Shown here: positions 38,264 through 48,251 of the stretch, piece after piece
Numbering within the stretch: position 1 is the first letter of the stretch
Layout of the letters: every line of letters begins with the position of its first letter
Origin: a virus
Reading direction: 5' to 3' (one strand)
Virus record (IMG/VR): IMGVR_UViG_3300034200_001896
Coordinates: 21,764-85,763 of that record
Length of the DNA: 64,000 nt
The notes under the pieces: model-generated
The model's database searches: none
The model's input: the letters and a program-made list of their open reading frames with translations, nothing else
What the model was told of the DNA's origin: nothing
Made by a program: the position numbers and the translations under genes

Positions 38264-38527
38264 TGGCTAGAGAATTTATTATACAGTTAGATAATACTAG
38301 GGCTTCCGGGTCTTTAGCGGGATATTTACCAACGGTTTCTAATGGTGGTAATACGTATATTTTAACTGTGGCTGATTCTGGAAATACATATTTAGCAAAA
38401 TATCCCATATACGTGCTTACTCCCATGGGGCAATATACAAACACCGTTTTATCATTAAAAAATACTGGTGTACCATATCGATTATTTGTTGGCGATAAAG
38501 AAGATAATTTACCTTAAGGATTATATA

Positions 38528-40660
38528 ATGTCAGATTTATTATTAGAAGGAGGTGTGGCTGGACATATGAACCATTTATACGATAATGGTGATTTGACAT
38601 TTGCTAAATTAAAAGAAATATTTGCTGCAGCTGCCGAAGGTAAACTAGAGGGCACAGAAAAAACAGATGGTCAAAATTTGATGATATCTTTCTCTGTCAA
38701 AGAGGGAAGAGCTAAAGGTGTTCGTAACAAAGGAGAAATTAAGGGAGGCGGATTAACCCCAGAACAATTAGCAGCAAAGTTTGCCGATAGAGCCAACCCA
38801 GCACTCAAAGAAACGTTTAGTGATGCTCTACGAGCCTTTGAAAAGGCTATTCAAGGCTTAGACCACGATGAACAAGTTGAACTTTTCGGTCCTGATACAA
38901 ACATATATTATAACGCAGAAGTAATGGACCCCAGAGCCCCAAACGTTATTAATTACGATACAAAAACATTAGTTATTCATCGTGTTGGCCATGGCGAATT
39001 TGATAGAGCTACTGGCAAGAAAACAGAAACTGATGTAACAGATAAAGCAAAAAAATTAGAAGATATTATTAAAGATTCTCAAGAAAAAGTTAAAGACGAA
39101 AATTATGGCTTACAAGTTAATGCCATTAAGAGACTTAAAGCCCTAAGTGATAAACGTCCATTAAATACTGCCAATAATAAAATTAACGTAATGTTGTCTT
39201 CTGTTAATAAATTAATAGGAAATGAACAATTATCTTTATCTGATAGTTCTACTATTGATGAATTTATGATGGCAAGAATATATATTCTTTTAAACTCTAT
39301 ACTCAAAAAAGGCGGATATGAAAAAATTGAACCATTAGTTAAAATGAGTATTGCTAAAAATTTATTAGGCGTTGGCGGAATATCTGCTTTAGATATTAAA
39401 AAGAAAATGAGTAAAGAAGAATATGCTTTCGTTAAAGAAAATATATTAAATAGCGATAGCAAAAAACAAATTTATGTAACCGCCATTCAACCATTAGAAG
39501 CTATTGTTAGTGATTTTGCCGTTGATATGCTCCGTGGAATGAAGAGCGCTTATATATTAGATAATGAAAAAGAAGTTCAACGTTTAAAAAAAGAAGTTCA
39601 GGTAGCTATAGATGCCATAGAAAAATCCGGCAATGAAGAAGCTATGGAAATTCTGAAACGTCAAATGAGTAAATTACGTAGTGCAGATAAAGTTAGCGCC
39701 ACTGCCGAAGGGTTTGTTTTTGATTATGATGGAGTAACATATAAATTTACTGGAAATTTTGCTCCGGTTAATCAAATATTAGGTCTTTTTAAATATGGTA
39801 GAGGCTCTGTACCTGCCATGAAGCAGGACTTAGAAGAAGTATCAAAAAAGCCAAAAGGATTAACAGTAGCAGTTATTCCCGGTGCTTTTAAGCCTCCACA
39901 TAAAGGCCATTTAGATATGGTTAAACAATATGCCAGAGAAGCTGACAAGGTTATTGTTTTTATTTCTCCTATGGCCCGTGAATTAGAAGATGGTACACCA
40001 GCTACTTTTGATATATCTAAAAAGATTTGGGATATGTATTTAAAGGCAGCTGCTCTAACAAATAAAGTAACTGTCATGCAATCGCCTTTTAGTTCTCCGG
40101 TTCGTGCTGCTTATGAATTTGTTGGAAATCAAGATAATCGTTCTGAATTTGCTCAACCGGGACAAACAGTAATACTTGGCACAAGTACAAAAGGTGGTGA
40201 CGAAGAACGTTTTGCAAGAGATGCAAAAAAATATGCCAGAGAAGGTGTTACCGTTATGGTTAAACCTATGCCACCACTAGAATCCTTAAGTGCAACAGAT
40301 ATGAGAAAAGCAATATTTAATAATAATATCGCTGAATTAACTAAGTTTTTACCAGACGAGTTAAAAAATAAAGAAACTACTGCTAAAGATATTATTAAAC
40401 TGTTCAAGCCAGAAGTCAATAAAAAATTATCTGAAAATATATTTTATGATATAATTAATGAAACTATTACTAAAAGAGGTGATAAATATTGTCTTGTCTC
40501 TAAAAAATCTAAAAAGAATTTAGGATGTTATACAAGTAAAAGCGGTGCAGAAAAGAGAGAACGTCAAGTACAATATTTTAAACACGCTAAAGAAGAAAAT
40601 ATGGCCGCTGGCTCCGTCGCTGGTTATGGCACTAAAATTGAAGATAAAATGGAGTCATAA
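38528..40660 (+). CDS. Fusion of ligase-like nucleotidyltransferase (KxDG) and cytidylyltransferase-like (HxGH) domains
   Basis: EKTDGQN, AEGFVF..YKFTG; PGAFKPPHKGH, LSATDMR. Confidence 0.65.
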   Translation: MSDLLLEGGVAGHMNHLYDNGDLTFAKLKEIFAAAAEGKLEGTEKTDGQNLMISFSVKEGRAKGVRNKGEIKGGGLTPEQLAAKFADRANPALKETFSDALRAFEKAIQGLDHDEQVELFGPDTNIYYNAEVMDPRAPNVINYDTKTLVIHRVGHGEFDRATGKKTETDVTDKAKKLEDIIKDSQEKVKDENYGLQVNAIKRLKALSDKRPLNTANNKINVMLSSVNKLIGNEQLSLSDSSTIDEFMMARIYILLNSILKKGGYEKIEPLVKMSIAKNLLGVGGISALDIKKKMSKEEYAFVKENILNSDSKKQIYVTAIQPLEAIVSDFAVDMLRGMKSAYILDNEKEVQRLKKEVQVAIDAIEKSGNEEAMEILKRQMSKLRSADKVSATAEGFVFDYDGVTYKFTGNFAPVNQILGLFKYGRGSVPAMKQDLEEVSKKPKGLTVAVIPGAFKPPHKGHLDMVKQYAREADKVIVFISPMARELEDGTPATFDISKKIWDMYLKAAALTNKVTVMQSPFSSPVRAAYEFVGNQDNRSEFAQPGQTVILGTSTKGGDEERFARDAKKYAREGVTVMVKPMPPLESLSATDMRKAIFNNNIAELTKFLPDELKNKETTAKDIIKLFKPEVNKKLSENIFYDIINETITKRGDKYCLVSKKSKKNLGCYTSKSGAEKRERQVQYFKHAKEENMAAGSVAGYGTKIEDKMES

Positions 40661-40661
40661 A

Positions 40662-41531
40662 ATGGAACAAATGCAAGAATTAAGACAATACATTAGAGAA
40701 GTTTTACGTAAAATTAAAAAAGACCAAAAACAAGAATTACGTAAAGAAGTACGTGAGCAAAGAGAATTACGTAAATTAGTTCGTGTAATGCTAAAAGAAA
40801 AGCAAGATACTGTACAACATAGTTCTACTGGTATTAATGCATTAGAAAAATTACTTGGTAGTATTGTTCCTATATTAGAAACCGGCTATAAAGATTTAAA
40901 AACAGATGCTGCTCAACGTAAATCTTTTAAAGCTCACATTCTTCGTGCAATACAGAACTTATTATCCACCGCTTCAGTATATTTTTCAGCTGATAAAAAA
41001 GGTGGAGAACCTACCGCTGCGCCTGCTTTAGCAGTTCCCCCTGCTAATCTAGAACAACCAGAAGCTGAATTAAAAGAACAAGATGAAGAAGCAGGTCCTG
41101 AAACTGACCCACAATTTATTGATATCAATAAAGATAAAAAAGGTAAAGAAGAAAAAGCTAAAAAAGACCCTGTTAATGCTTTCCAAACCGTTCAAGGAGA
41201 AGACTTAACTGGTAGAAACTTTGCTCTTGAAACTTTCAAGAAAATTCAAAAACAGATTTTGGAAACATATTCTTTATTATCAAACGAACAAGACCGCGAA
41301 ATATTTTATGATTACTTGCTAACCAACACTAAACTATATTTTGATAAGTTTGAAACTGAATTAGAAGCTACCCCGGCGGAACCCACAACTCCTGAATATG
41401 AGGCTGAAAAGGCAAAGAAAGATGCATCATTACAACCAACAGGCCAAGATGTTGCGGGCTTAGAACAGCCTGTAGAACAACCAGCTGGATTAGAAACTGC
41501 TGCAGAGGAATTGCCAGAACCAGAAGTATAA
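40662..41531 (+). CDS. Hypothetical (probably structural) protein
   Basis: GGAG RBS; 289 aa. Confidence 0.6.
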   Translation: MEQMQELRQYIREVLRKIKKDQKQELRKEVREQRELRKLVRVMLKEKQDTVQHSSTGINALEKLLGSIVPILETGYKDLKTDAAQRKSFKAHILRAIQNLLSTASVYFSADKKGGEPTAAPALAVPPANLEQPEAELKEQDEEAGPETDPQFIDINKDKKGKEEKAKKDPVNAFQTVQGEDLTGRNFALETFKKIQKQILETYSLLSNEQDREIFYDYLLTNTKLYFDKFETELEATPAEPTTPEYEAEKAKKDASLQPTGQDVAGLEQPVEQPAGLETAAEELPEPEV

Positions 41532-41900
41532 AGAAGAAGGACATGGCGTTCAAACTACACTAGTGAAATTTTCTAGTTAAATCTAAATATTAAAAAGGAA
41601 TATATAAAAATGAATCCATTAAAACGGAAAAAACTCTATCGTCTTGAATTATCTAAGCAAAAAAATAAAACAGAAATTCAAGTTGAACAAAAAGTAACCG
41701 TTACTGAACCAATAAAACTTGCTGAAGCAATACAAGAAACTGCACCGGTTGAAGCTGCTGAATTGCCAATGGGTCTTAAAGTTAGCTTACCAGTAGAAAC
41801 TTCTACAGAAACTGCAGCAACTGAATCAGTAGTAGAAAACAAGAAAGAAAAGAAAAAGAAATGGTCTTCACAAGATGCATAATTGTGTTATAGTAGGTTA

Positions 41901-42182
41901 ATGACCACTAAAACATATAAACAAATTGGTGAAGAAATTGGTAGTTTAGTAGATGAAAAAAACGCAGCATATGGTAGTTCATTTGCTGAATGTCACAAAA
42001 TTCTGAGCGTCTTATATCCTAATGGTATCCAACCAGAACAATATACAGACGCTCTTGCTATTATAAGAGTAATAGATAAATTATTTAGAATAGCTAATAA
42101 GAAAAATGCATTTGGCGAATCTCCATGGAATGATATAGCAGGATATGCTATATTAGGAGTCGCTAATCATGATAAAAAATAA
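41901..42182 (+). CDS. Nucleotide-modification-associated helical protein (DUF1599-like)
   Basis: EKNAAYGSSF...RVIDKLFRI...DIAGYAIL. Confidence 0.6.
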   Translation: MTTKTYKQIGEEIGSLVDEKNAAYGSSFAECHKILSVLYPNGIQPEQYTDALAIIRVIDKLFRIANKKNAFGESPWNDIAGYAILGVANHDKK

Positions 42183-42564
42183 ATATAATAATACTTGTGA
42201 AGATTATAGTATTAGTAAAATATTAAGAGAACAAAAAAGAAGTAATGATTATTTTGAAGTATTATTAAATAATTTAACATTAGAAGAAATAATAGCTTTA
42301 AAACTAGAATTAACTTATAAATCAATTGGTTTTGTATTACATGGTTATCCTTTGTGGTCTAGTACTAATTATATTGTAAAAGATGCATTATTAAAATATG
42401 CTGTTTCAGCTTCAAAAACAAAAACTGAAGCAAGAAAATTATTAGGATTAACTAACATTAAATTCTTTAGATTATTAAAAAAATATAAAATTAATAAGTA
42501 TTTTAAACCAGAGGAAAGCATCGATGTTAATAACAGAAATTCAATTAAAGAAAATATATCCTAA
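42169..42564 (+). CDS. Protein with Fis-like C-terminal HTH
   Basis: KTKTEARKLLGL...F..LLKKY. Confidence 0.5.
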   Translation: MIKNKYNNTCEDYSISKILREQKRSNDYFEVLLNNLTLEEIIALKLELTYKSIGFVLHGYPLWSSTNYIVKDALLKYAVSASKTKTEARKLLGLTNIKFFRLLKKYKINKYFKPEESIDVNNRNSIKENIS

Positions 42565-43096
42565 TATAAAAAAAGATAAATTACAAACTTATGTTAAGGC
42601 TTTTAATAATGTTTTTCCTACCTATGGTATCAATACCCCTAGAAGGATTGCTGCATTTCTTGGACAAGTTGGCGTCGAAAGCGGAGAATTAAAATACGAT
42701 AAAGAATTGGCTTCTAAATGGAATAAAAAAGATGTTGGTAATCGTTTTGAACCAATTGGAACTTTATATGAAGGAAGAAAAAACTTAGGTAATACACAAG
42801 TTGGTGATGGACCTAAATTTATTGGTCGTGGAATTCTTCAGTTGACAGGTAGAGCTAACTATGAGAACATGTCTAAGATATTAGGAATCGATTTAGTTCA
42901 TAATCCTGAACTAGCTTGTGACCCAGAAGTCAGCACTAAGATTGCTTGTGAATATTTTAAGAAACGTGGATTGTTGGAATTAGCTGACGAATGGAATTTA
43001 GAAGAAATTACTCGTCGTGTTAATGGTAATGCTAAACTACATCATGATATTAGAGTAAAATATAGTGAAACTGCTTTAAAGACTTTAGGTGAATAA
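42524..43096 (+). CDS. Glycoside hydrolase family 19 endolysin
   Basis: IAAFLGQVGVES, LGN...DG.KFIGRGILQLTGRANY, ITRRVNG. Confidence 0.9.
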   Translation: MLITEIQLKKIYPNIKKDKLQTYVKAFNNVFPTYGINTPRRIAAFLGQVGVESGELKYDKELASKWNKKDVGNRFEPIGTLYEGRKNLGNTQVGDGPKFIGRGILQLTGRANYENMSKILGIDLVHNPELACDPEVSTKIACEYFKKRGLLELADEWNLEEITRRVNGNAKLHHDIRVKYSETALKTLGE

Positions 43097-43283
43097 TGAA
43101 TAATTATAAATTCCCATGTGATGAATGTAGCTGGCCTAATGCGCCAAATATGTTTGCTGTTGCGCACATTGGATTTAAGTGGTATTGTCATAGGTGTTTA
43201 GATAAATTTTTAAAAGAAGAAAAACGTAAGCAAAAAGAAAAACAACAAAGATTGGCACAAGAACAAGAACAAGAAAGTAACAA

Positions 43284-43355
43284 GCCTGTATAGCACAGTG
43301 GTAGTGCAACGGTTTTGTAAACCGTAGGTCGGGGGTTCGAATCCCTCTACAGGCT
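43284..43355 (+). tRNA. tRNA-Thr(TGT)
   Basis: GCCTGTA/TACAGGC; ACGGT-TT-TGT-AA-ACCGT. Confidence 0.9.
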
Positions 43356-43369
43356 CTAAAATAAAATAC

Positions 43370-43444
43370 GCGAATGTAGCTCAGTTGGTTTAGAGCAGCC
43401 GCTTGATAAGCGGCAGGTCAGTGGTTCAAGTCCACTCATTCGCA
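43370..43444 (+). tRNA. tRNA-Ile(GAT)
   Basis: GCGAATG/CATTCGC; GCCGC-TT-GAT-AA-GCGGC. Confidence 0.9.
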
Positions 43445-43454
43445 CTGGAAACAT

Positions 43455-43628
43455 ATGAAACATAATATTGGCAATTTAGTTTATGATGGAACAAGTATTG
43501 GTTGGATTATAGAAGTTGGCCGTTCAGGATATTATCATATTGAGTTTTGTAATAACCAAAAAGGTTGGTATAGTGGAGAAGCAGTTAGCCTTCTAGTAGA
43601 AGCATTAAAATCAAAATTAAATAAATAA
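43455..43628 (+). CDS. KOW/Tudor-like paralogue inside the tRNA cluster
   Basis: MKHNIGNLVY...IGWII...YHIEF; 57 aa. Confidence 0.6.
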   Translation: MKHNIGNLVYDGTSIGWIIEVGRSGYYHIEFCNNQKGWYSGEAVSLLVEALKSKLNK

Positions 43629-43634
43629 AAATAA

Positions 43635-43715
43635 GGGCGAGTAGGAGAATTGGTAAATCTAGCGGACTCAAAATCCGCCGCGCAAGCACTGTCGGTTCGA
43701 TTCCGACCTCGCCTA
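43635..43715 (+). tRNA. tRNA-Leu(CAA)
   Basis: GGGCGAG/CTCGCCT; GCGGA-CT-CAA-AA-TCCGC; variable arm. Confidence 0.9.
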
Positions 43716-43718
43716 TTT

Positions 43719-43790
43719 GCAGGAATAGCTCAGTGGTAGAGCATCACGTTGCCAACGTGAGGGTCGTGGGTTCAAATCCCACTTTCTGCT
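43719..43790 (+). tRNA. tRNA-Gly(GCC)
   Basis: GCAGGAA/TTTCTGC; TCACG-TT-GCC-AA-CGTGA. Confidence 0.9.
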
Positions 43791-43791
43791 T

Positions 43792-44137
43792 GTTAGCGGT
43801 AGGTAGTAGGCTCAGAAGTAGCCATCCGAAAGGACATGGATAGTAATATCTGTGCTTTAATGAGTGAGACAAAATCCTTTACTAGTGATATAATTCCGTT
43901 AACAGCGGGGAGCGATGCGATGTTCTGCCCGAAGAAAGCACAACGAAACCTGATGTCAGTTGTGTGGACAAACCGCTGCTAGGTAAACTCCAATATATCT
44001 TAATGTACTAGGAGGTTGGGTAATAGGAAAGTCAGATTTACTGATGGGACAGAAGCACGCACAAGATATAATCATTGAAAAGATTATATTGTTTGTTTCC
44101 TCCCGCTCTTTGGTGTAGTAACACACCTACTGTTAAC
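43792..44137 (+). ncRNA. Large structured ncRNA with a split 23S rRNA H43/H44-like core (possibly GOLLD-related)
   Basis: Terminal 13-bp helix GTTAGCGGTAGGT/ACCTACTGTTAAC; GTAGGCTCAGAAGTAGCCATC, TTTAATGAGTG, GGTGTAGTAACACAC; no credible ORF. Confidence 0.7.
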
Positions 44138-44158
44138 AGTTTTTCGAAAGGGCATATA

Positions 44159-44759
44159 ATGGCTAAGAAAAAAGAAACCTATTGGAATTATAGAATTTAT
44201 GCTAAAGAATGCATTAGTAATTCAGGAACCAATTATATTGAATATGGTATAACTGAAGTATATTATAAAGGAGATAAAATTGAAGGTTATATAGCTGATT
44301 TTATGACTCCATGGGGCGAAACTGAAAAAGATTTAAAATTAAATTTTGATATGATGAAGAAAGCTTTTGAATATCCAGTATTAACTATTGATGATTTAGA
44401 ACCAAAGAAAAAATCTAAAAAAATAAAAAAGAAGAAAGCTGGAAAGAAAAATGCGAAAAACTAGCGTTAAAGATTGGAATTATAGAATATTTAAATCTGG
44501 TGATTTTTTTGGAATAGTTGAGGTTTATTACGATGCTTCTGGCAATCCTGTTGGTTATAGTGACTATAATTATCCATTTGGCTACTCGGAACAAGAATTA
44601 AAACTTGATATTTCCAATATGTTAAAGGCGTGTAGACAACCTACCTTAACTCCAGAAGACTTTGAAAAAAAGTCTGTACGCAAAAATAAAATTGTAGTAC
44701 CATCAGTTAAGAATCCACCAAGTAAAGAAGCATTAATGAGGGGAAATAATAATGTCTAA
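44159..44759 (+). CDS. Two tandem paralogues (44159-44464, 44451-44759), WNYRI...EVYY family
   Basis: Both share WNYRI, GI.EVYY, P.G..E..LK, M.KA...P.LT. Confidence 0.65.
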
Positions 44760-45008
44760 TTCTTGGAAAATAGAAGAAATTTTTGTAGTATATGAAAATG
44801 CCAAAGAATTTAAAAAACAGTTGCTTCGTTCCCCAGAAGGTGCTACATTACAAGTCAAGATTCGCAGATATTCATCAAACAAAACAGTTAATACAGAAAC
44901 GTTTGTTGTTAAAAGCCGAACAGACCCTAGTTTAATAGCAGCTATACAAGAAGTAGAAGAACGACTATTAATAAATAAGAGTAAATCTAAAAAGAAATAA
45001 GGTGAACA

Positions 45009-45635
45009 ATGGTTTTCGGAAAATATCTCAATAACGAAAAAGAAAAGCAGAAAGAAGCGGCTCCACAACGTAAGTCTAGAGAAAAAGACGAAGACAATCT
45101 TGACGTAGAACACCAAGACGGACGTATATATTTTTATACTGAAGTAAACAAAGCGTCTATTTTAGACCTTAATAAAGCTATACGTTCTAGCGAAGAAGAA
45201 ATGTTACATACAGCTAATGTTTTAGATATTTCACCGCCACATATTAAGATACATATCAATAGTCCCGGTGGAAGTCTTTTTGACGGCCTTGCCGCTGTTG
45301 ATTATGTTCGTAAATGTAAAGTGCCGGTCCATTCCATTGTTGAAGGCATGGCCGCATCAGCGGCAACACTTATTTCAGTAATGGCTCACAAACGTTCTAT
45401 TAATAAACATTCTTATATGCTCATCCACCAACTCTCATCTGGAGCAATTGGAAAGTTTGAAGAATTGATGGATGATATGGAAAATAATAAAGCTTTAATG
45501 AAAGCAATTAGAGAAATATATCTGGCGAGAACTAAAATCCCAGAAAATCTGTTAAAAGATATCCTTAAAAAAGATATCTATTTTGACGCAAAGCAGTGCT
45601 TGAAGTATGGTTTAGTAGATAATATTATCGAATAG
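45009..45635 (+). CDS. clpP: ClpP-like protease
   Basis: HINSPGGS, GMAASAATLIS, MLIHQLSS, YGLVDNII. Confidence 0.85.
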   Translation: MVFGKYLNNEKEKQKEAAPQRKSREKDEDNLDVEHQDGRIYFYTEVNKASILDLNKAIRSSEEEMLHTANVLDISPPHIKIHINSPGGSLFDGLAAVDYVRKCKVPVHSIVEGMAASAATLISVMAHKRSINKHSYMLIHQLSSGAIGKFEELMDDMENNKALMKAIREIYLARTKIPENLLKDILKKDIYFDAKQCLKYGLVDNIIE

Positions 45636-45649
45636 AAAAGGAAAATAAA

Positions 45650-46000
45650 ATGAAGACACTTGTTATGACCGCAGTAGTAGCAGCAATGTTCGTAGGTTGC
45701 ACCAGCAAGACCAGTGTACCAGCCGCCGGTTCTACCTCTACCACTGCTCCGGTAGTAGAAGTATCAGCGCCAGCAGTAACAACACAAACTTCCCCTACTG
45801 TAGCCGCTCCAGTTGCCCCACAAAGCGCCGTTGCGGTACCATCCGTAGGTGGAAGCGCTTCTGCAACAGCAGCTTCTAGCGCCTCGACAGCAGCTGCTAC
45901 ATCAACCGCATCAACCGCATCAACCGCATCAGGCGCAGCAGGCAACGCAGCACCAGCAGCCGGCGCAGCAGGTTCTGCCGCTGCAGCAGATAAGAAGTAA
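45650..46000 (+). CDS. Ala/Thr/Ser-rich lipoprotein
   Basis: Lipobox FVGC; low-complexity tail with short CATCAACCG repeats. Confidence 0.65.
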   Translation: MKTLVMTAVVAAMFVGCTSKTSVPAAGSTSTTAPVVEVSAPAVTTQTSPTVAAPVAPQSAVAVPSVGGSASATAASSASTAAATSTASTASTASGAAGNAAPAAGAAGSAAAADKK

Positions 46001-46067
46001 TTTTTAACAATCCCGCAGGTGACGGCATGGGGAGTCCGTTTTTTTAATGGACAAATAGATGTCGTCT

Positions 46068-46592
46068 TTATTGTTTCCAATTACCATCTTTATTATTGAA
46101 ATGTTCTTCTGAATGGCAAGTTGGACAAAGAACTTCTAAATTTTCTATAGTATTATTTTCTCTATTTCTATCTTTGTGATGTACGACTAATACTTCTGGA
46201 ATTTTAGAATAATCACATCTTTCACAAATCTTTTGTTTGTTTCTAAAAGCTATATCTCTATATACACGCCCAGCATTCGTATAATGTGGTGGTTGAATTT
46301 GTTTTATCCCACCAATTCTCTGAGCTATGTCTTTGTGTTCTCTACAGCAAAAAAATAAACCGCTTCTTGAATTCTTTTTTTTAGATTCACTTAAATAAAA
46401 CATTTCTTTACAATAAGCGCATTCAACATTTGGCGTGTTTATTAAAGCGAATTTTGCTATTCTTTGTTTTTTTATTGCTTCACCTGTACATTTTTTGGTA
46501 CAATACTTAGCGTTGCCTCTATTTACTTCTGATGGTTTTGCTTCAAAGGGTTGTTCGCAGTTTAAACAATTTTTAGTTATTGTAGTAATCAT
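46068..46592 (-). CDS. HNH endonuclease with N-terminal zinc fingers
   Basis: CERC...LVVHHKDRNRENN..ENLEVLCPTCH..EH; GAGG RBS. Confidence 0.85.
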   Translation of the reverse strand: MITTITKNCLNCEQPFEAKPSEVNRGNAKYCTKKCTGEAIKKQRIAKFALINTPNVECAYCKEMFYLSESKKKNSRSGLFFCCREHKDIAQRIGGIKQIQPPHYTNAGRVYRDIAFRNKQKICERCDYSKIPEVLVVHHKDRNRENNTIENLEVLCPTCHSEEHFNNKDGNWKQ

Positions 46593-46605
46593 ATATTATC
46601 CTCAT

Positions 46606-46681
46606 GGGGGATGGGACTGCTTGGAGTGGTCGTCTGCCTTGCACGCAGAAATTCAGTTCGGTTCGAATCCGAAATCCTCCA
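46606..46681 (+). tRNA. Atypical tRNA-Ala(TGC)
   Basis: GGGGGAT/ATCCTCC-A with G3-U70; TCTGC-CT-TGC-AC-GCAGA; G at position 8. Confidence 0.8.
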
Positions 46682-46921
46682 CTTATAATTAGTGTAGACT
46701 AACTGTTTTGCACCAAAAAAAGAATCGTCCATTATGAAACAAAATAAATCTAGCAATACAATGTGGTTAAGAATAATGGTAGTACTTAATACAATTGCTG
46801 TTGCTGGTTATATTTTGTATGGTGAGTGGGAAAAAAAACAACCACGGATGGTAAAACATGTTTGCCAAACCGTGGCTGCTGACCAAGATAAAGGATTGGT
46901 CGCCCTTACTTGCTTAGAAGA

Positions 46922-47740
46922 TTAAACATTCTCTAGTTGCCATAATCCTTCAGCAAGTTGCAATAATATTTTAGCATTCTCTAAGCTAACACATATTGAT
47001 ATATGTTCATAATGAACTGTACGCTTGCTCAATAAACCAATTACTTTTCCTTTATAAAAAATACCAGAGCCGCTATGGCCGGGAGCAGAAGGTAAAGTAA
47101 TAATTTCTTCATTATTTTCGTCTAATCCCATAAATCTACCATCTGTTACGATGAATATATTTTTTGGATGATAGCCTAAAGCAGCACCAGAAATCATTAC
47201 GCTAGCACCAACTGGTGGTAATTCATCGGCTAATTCTCTTGCTTCTCCTGCAATACAAGTACTTTTAATAACTGATAAATCTTGCTTTTCATTTCCTGCC
47301 ATTGGAAATGCAGCACATTTTTCACCATCTAATCTCTCAACCATCATTTCAATTTTATCTATTTGGAAGAAATAGAATCCACTTTCATCTATTTCTAGAG
47401 TTGTTTTTTGTGGGTGTGTTACATGGGCAACGCTTAATATTAAACTTTCTTTTTTATTAAAGTTATTTCTGACCACAACACCAGAACCTGTCCAGCTTTT
47501 TTCTTCACTTTTTTCTTTTGTTCCTTCTGGCATGCTTGCATTTATACCCAAAACGCTAGCTAAATTAGTTCTATGACCAGAAACTTTTGTGTAAATTTTA
47601 ACTGTGCTGCTCATTGCTTCTCTTGCGTCAGAACCTTCTTGTGCAAACAGACCGCAACGTTTAAAACAACCGCTCATCATTACTAACATCATCGTTGAAA
47701 CTATTAATTTGTGTTTAATCCATGTATTATATCCTTTCAT
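46922..47740 (-). CDS. Trypsin-like serine protease
   Basis: GSGVV, SVAHV, DLS, PGHSGSG. Confidence 0.8.
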   Translation of the reverse strand: MKGYNTWIKHKLIVSTMMLVMMSGCFKRCGLFAQEGSDAREAMSSTVKIYTKVSGHRTNLASVLGINASMPEGTKEKSEEKSWTGSGVVVRNNFNKKESLILSVAHVTHPQKTTLEIDESGFYFFQIDKIEMMVERLDGEKCAAFPMAGNEKQDLSVIKSTCIAGEARELADELPPVGASVMISGAALGYHPKNIFIVTDGRFMGLDENNEEIITLPSAPGHSGSGIFYKGKVIGLLSKRTVHYEHISICVSLENAKILLQLAEGLWQLENV

Positions 47741-47894
47741 TGCATATTCTCCTCCCTATAAAAGTAGGGGTTGGTCTATTATTAACTAGTAACGAAAAAA
47801 ATCTTCGGCATTTTCGTAACTTTTGACTATTTAATAGTTTTAGCTAATTTTTGTTTACAAAATTATTTAAGTATGTGATACTTTTAATAATTAT

Positions 47895-47981
47895 GGAACA
47901 TTGGGTGAGTGGCTGAAACCACCTCTCTGCTAAGGAGGCATACTCGAAAGGGTATCGAAAGTTCAAATCTTTCATGTTCCG
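47895..47981 (+). tRNA. tRNA-Ser(GCT)
   Basis: GGAACAT/ATGTTCC-G; CT-GCT-AA; long variable arm. Confidence 0.9.
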
Positions 47982-48251
47982 TTTTTTCGTTACTAGTTAT
48001 TTTAGGAGAATGTTATGGAAATAAAAAATCTAGGTTCCCTAAAAGCTTTAGAAGTAATAGATAATCCAGATGGTACATGCACAATACATTTTGACGTTAG
48101 TGAAGATTTTCAAACAAATTTAGTTCGTGAAATGGGCTGGCCTGAATGGTCACAAGAAAGATTTGAAAAATTAATTTTAGAAGCTCTTGAAAATGCCGTA
48201 AAAGACAAACTAGTTGACAGACCAGAAGATTAGTAGTAATCTGTTTTTATT

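Noticed and set aside
43792-44137. Fragment of a real 23S rRNA gene or a group I intron
   Set aside because: Similarity is confined to H43-H44, is interrupted, and is closed by its own terminal helix; I saw no group I core motifs or flanking exons
45625-46080. Reverse-strand Ala-rich ORF
   Set aside because: Mirror of the + strand lipoprotein, which has the RBS and lipobox
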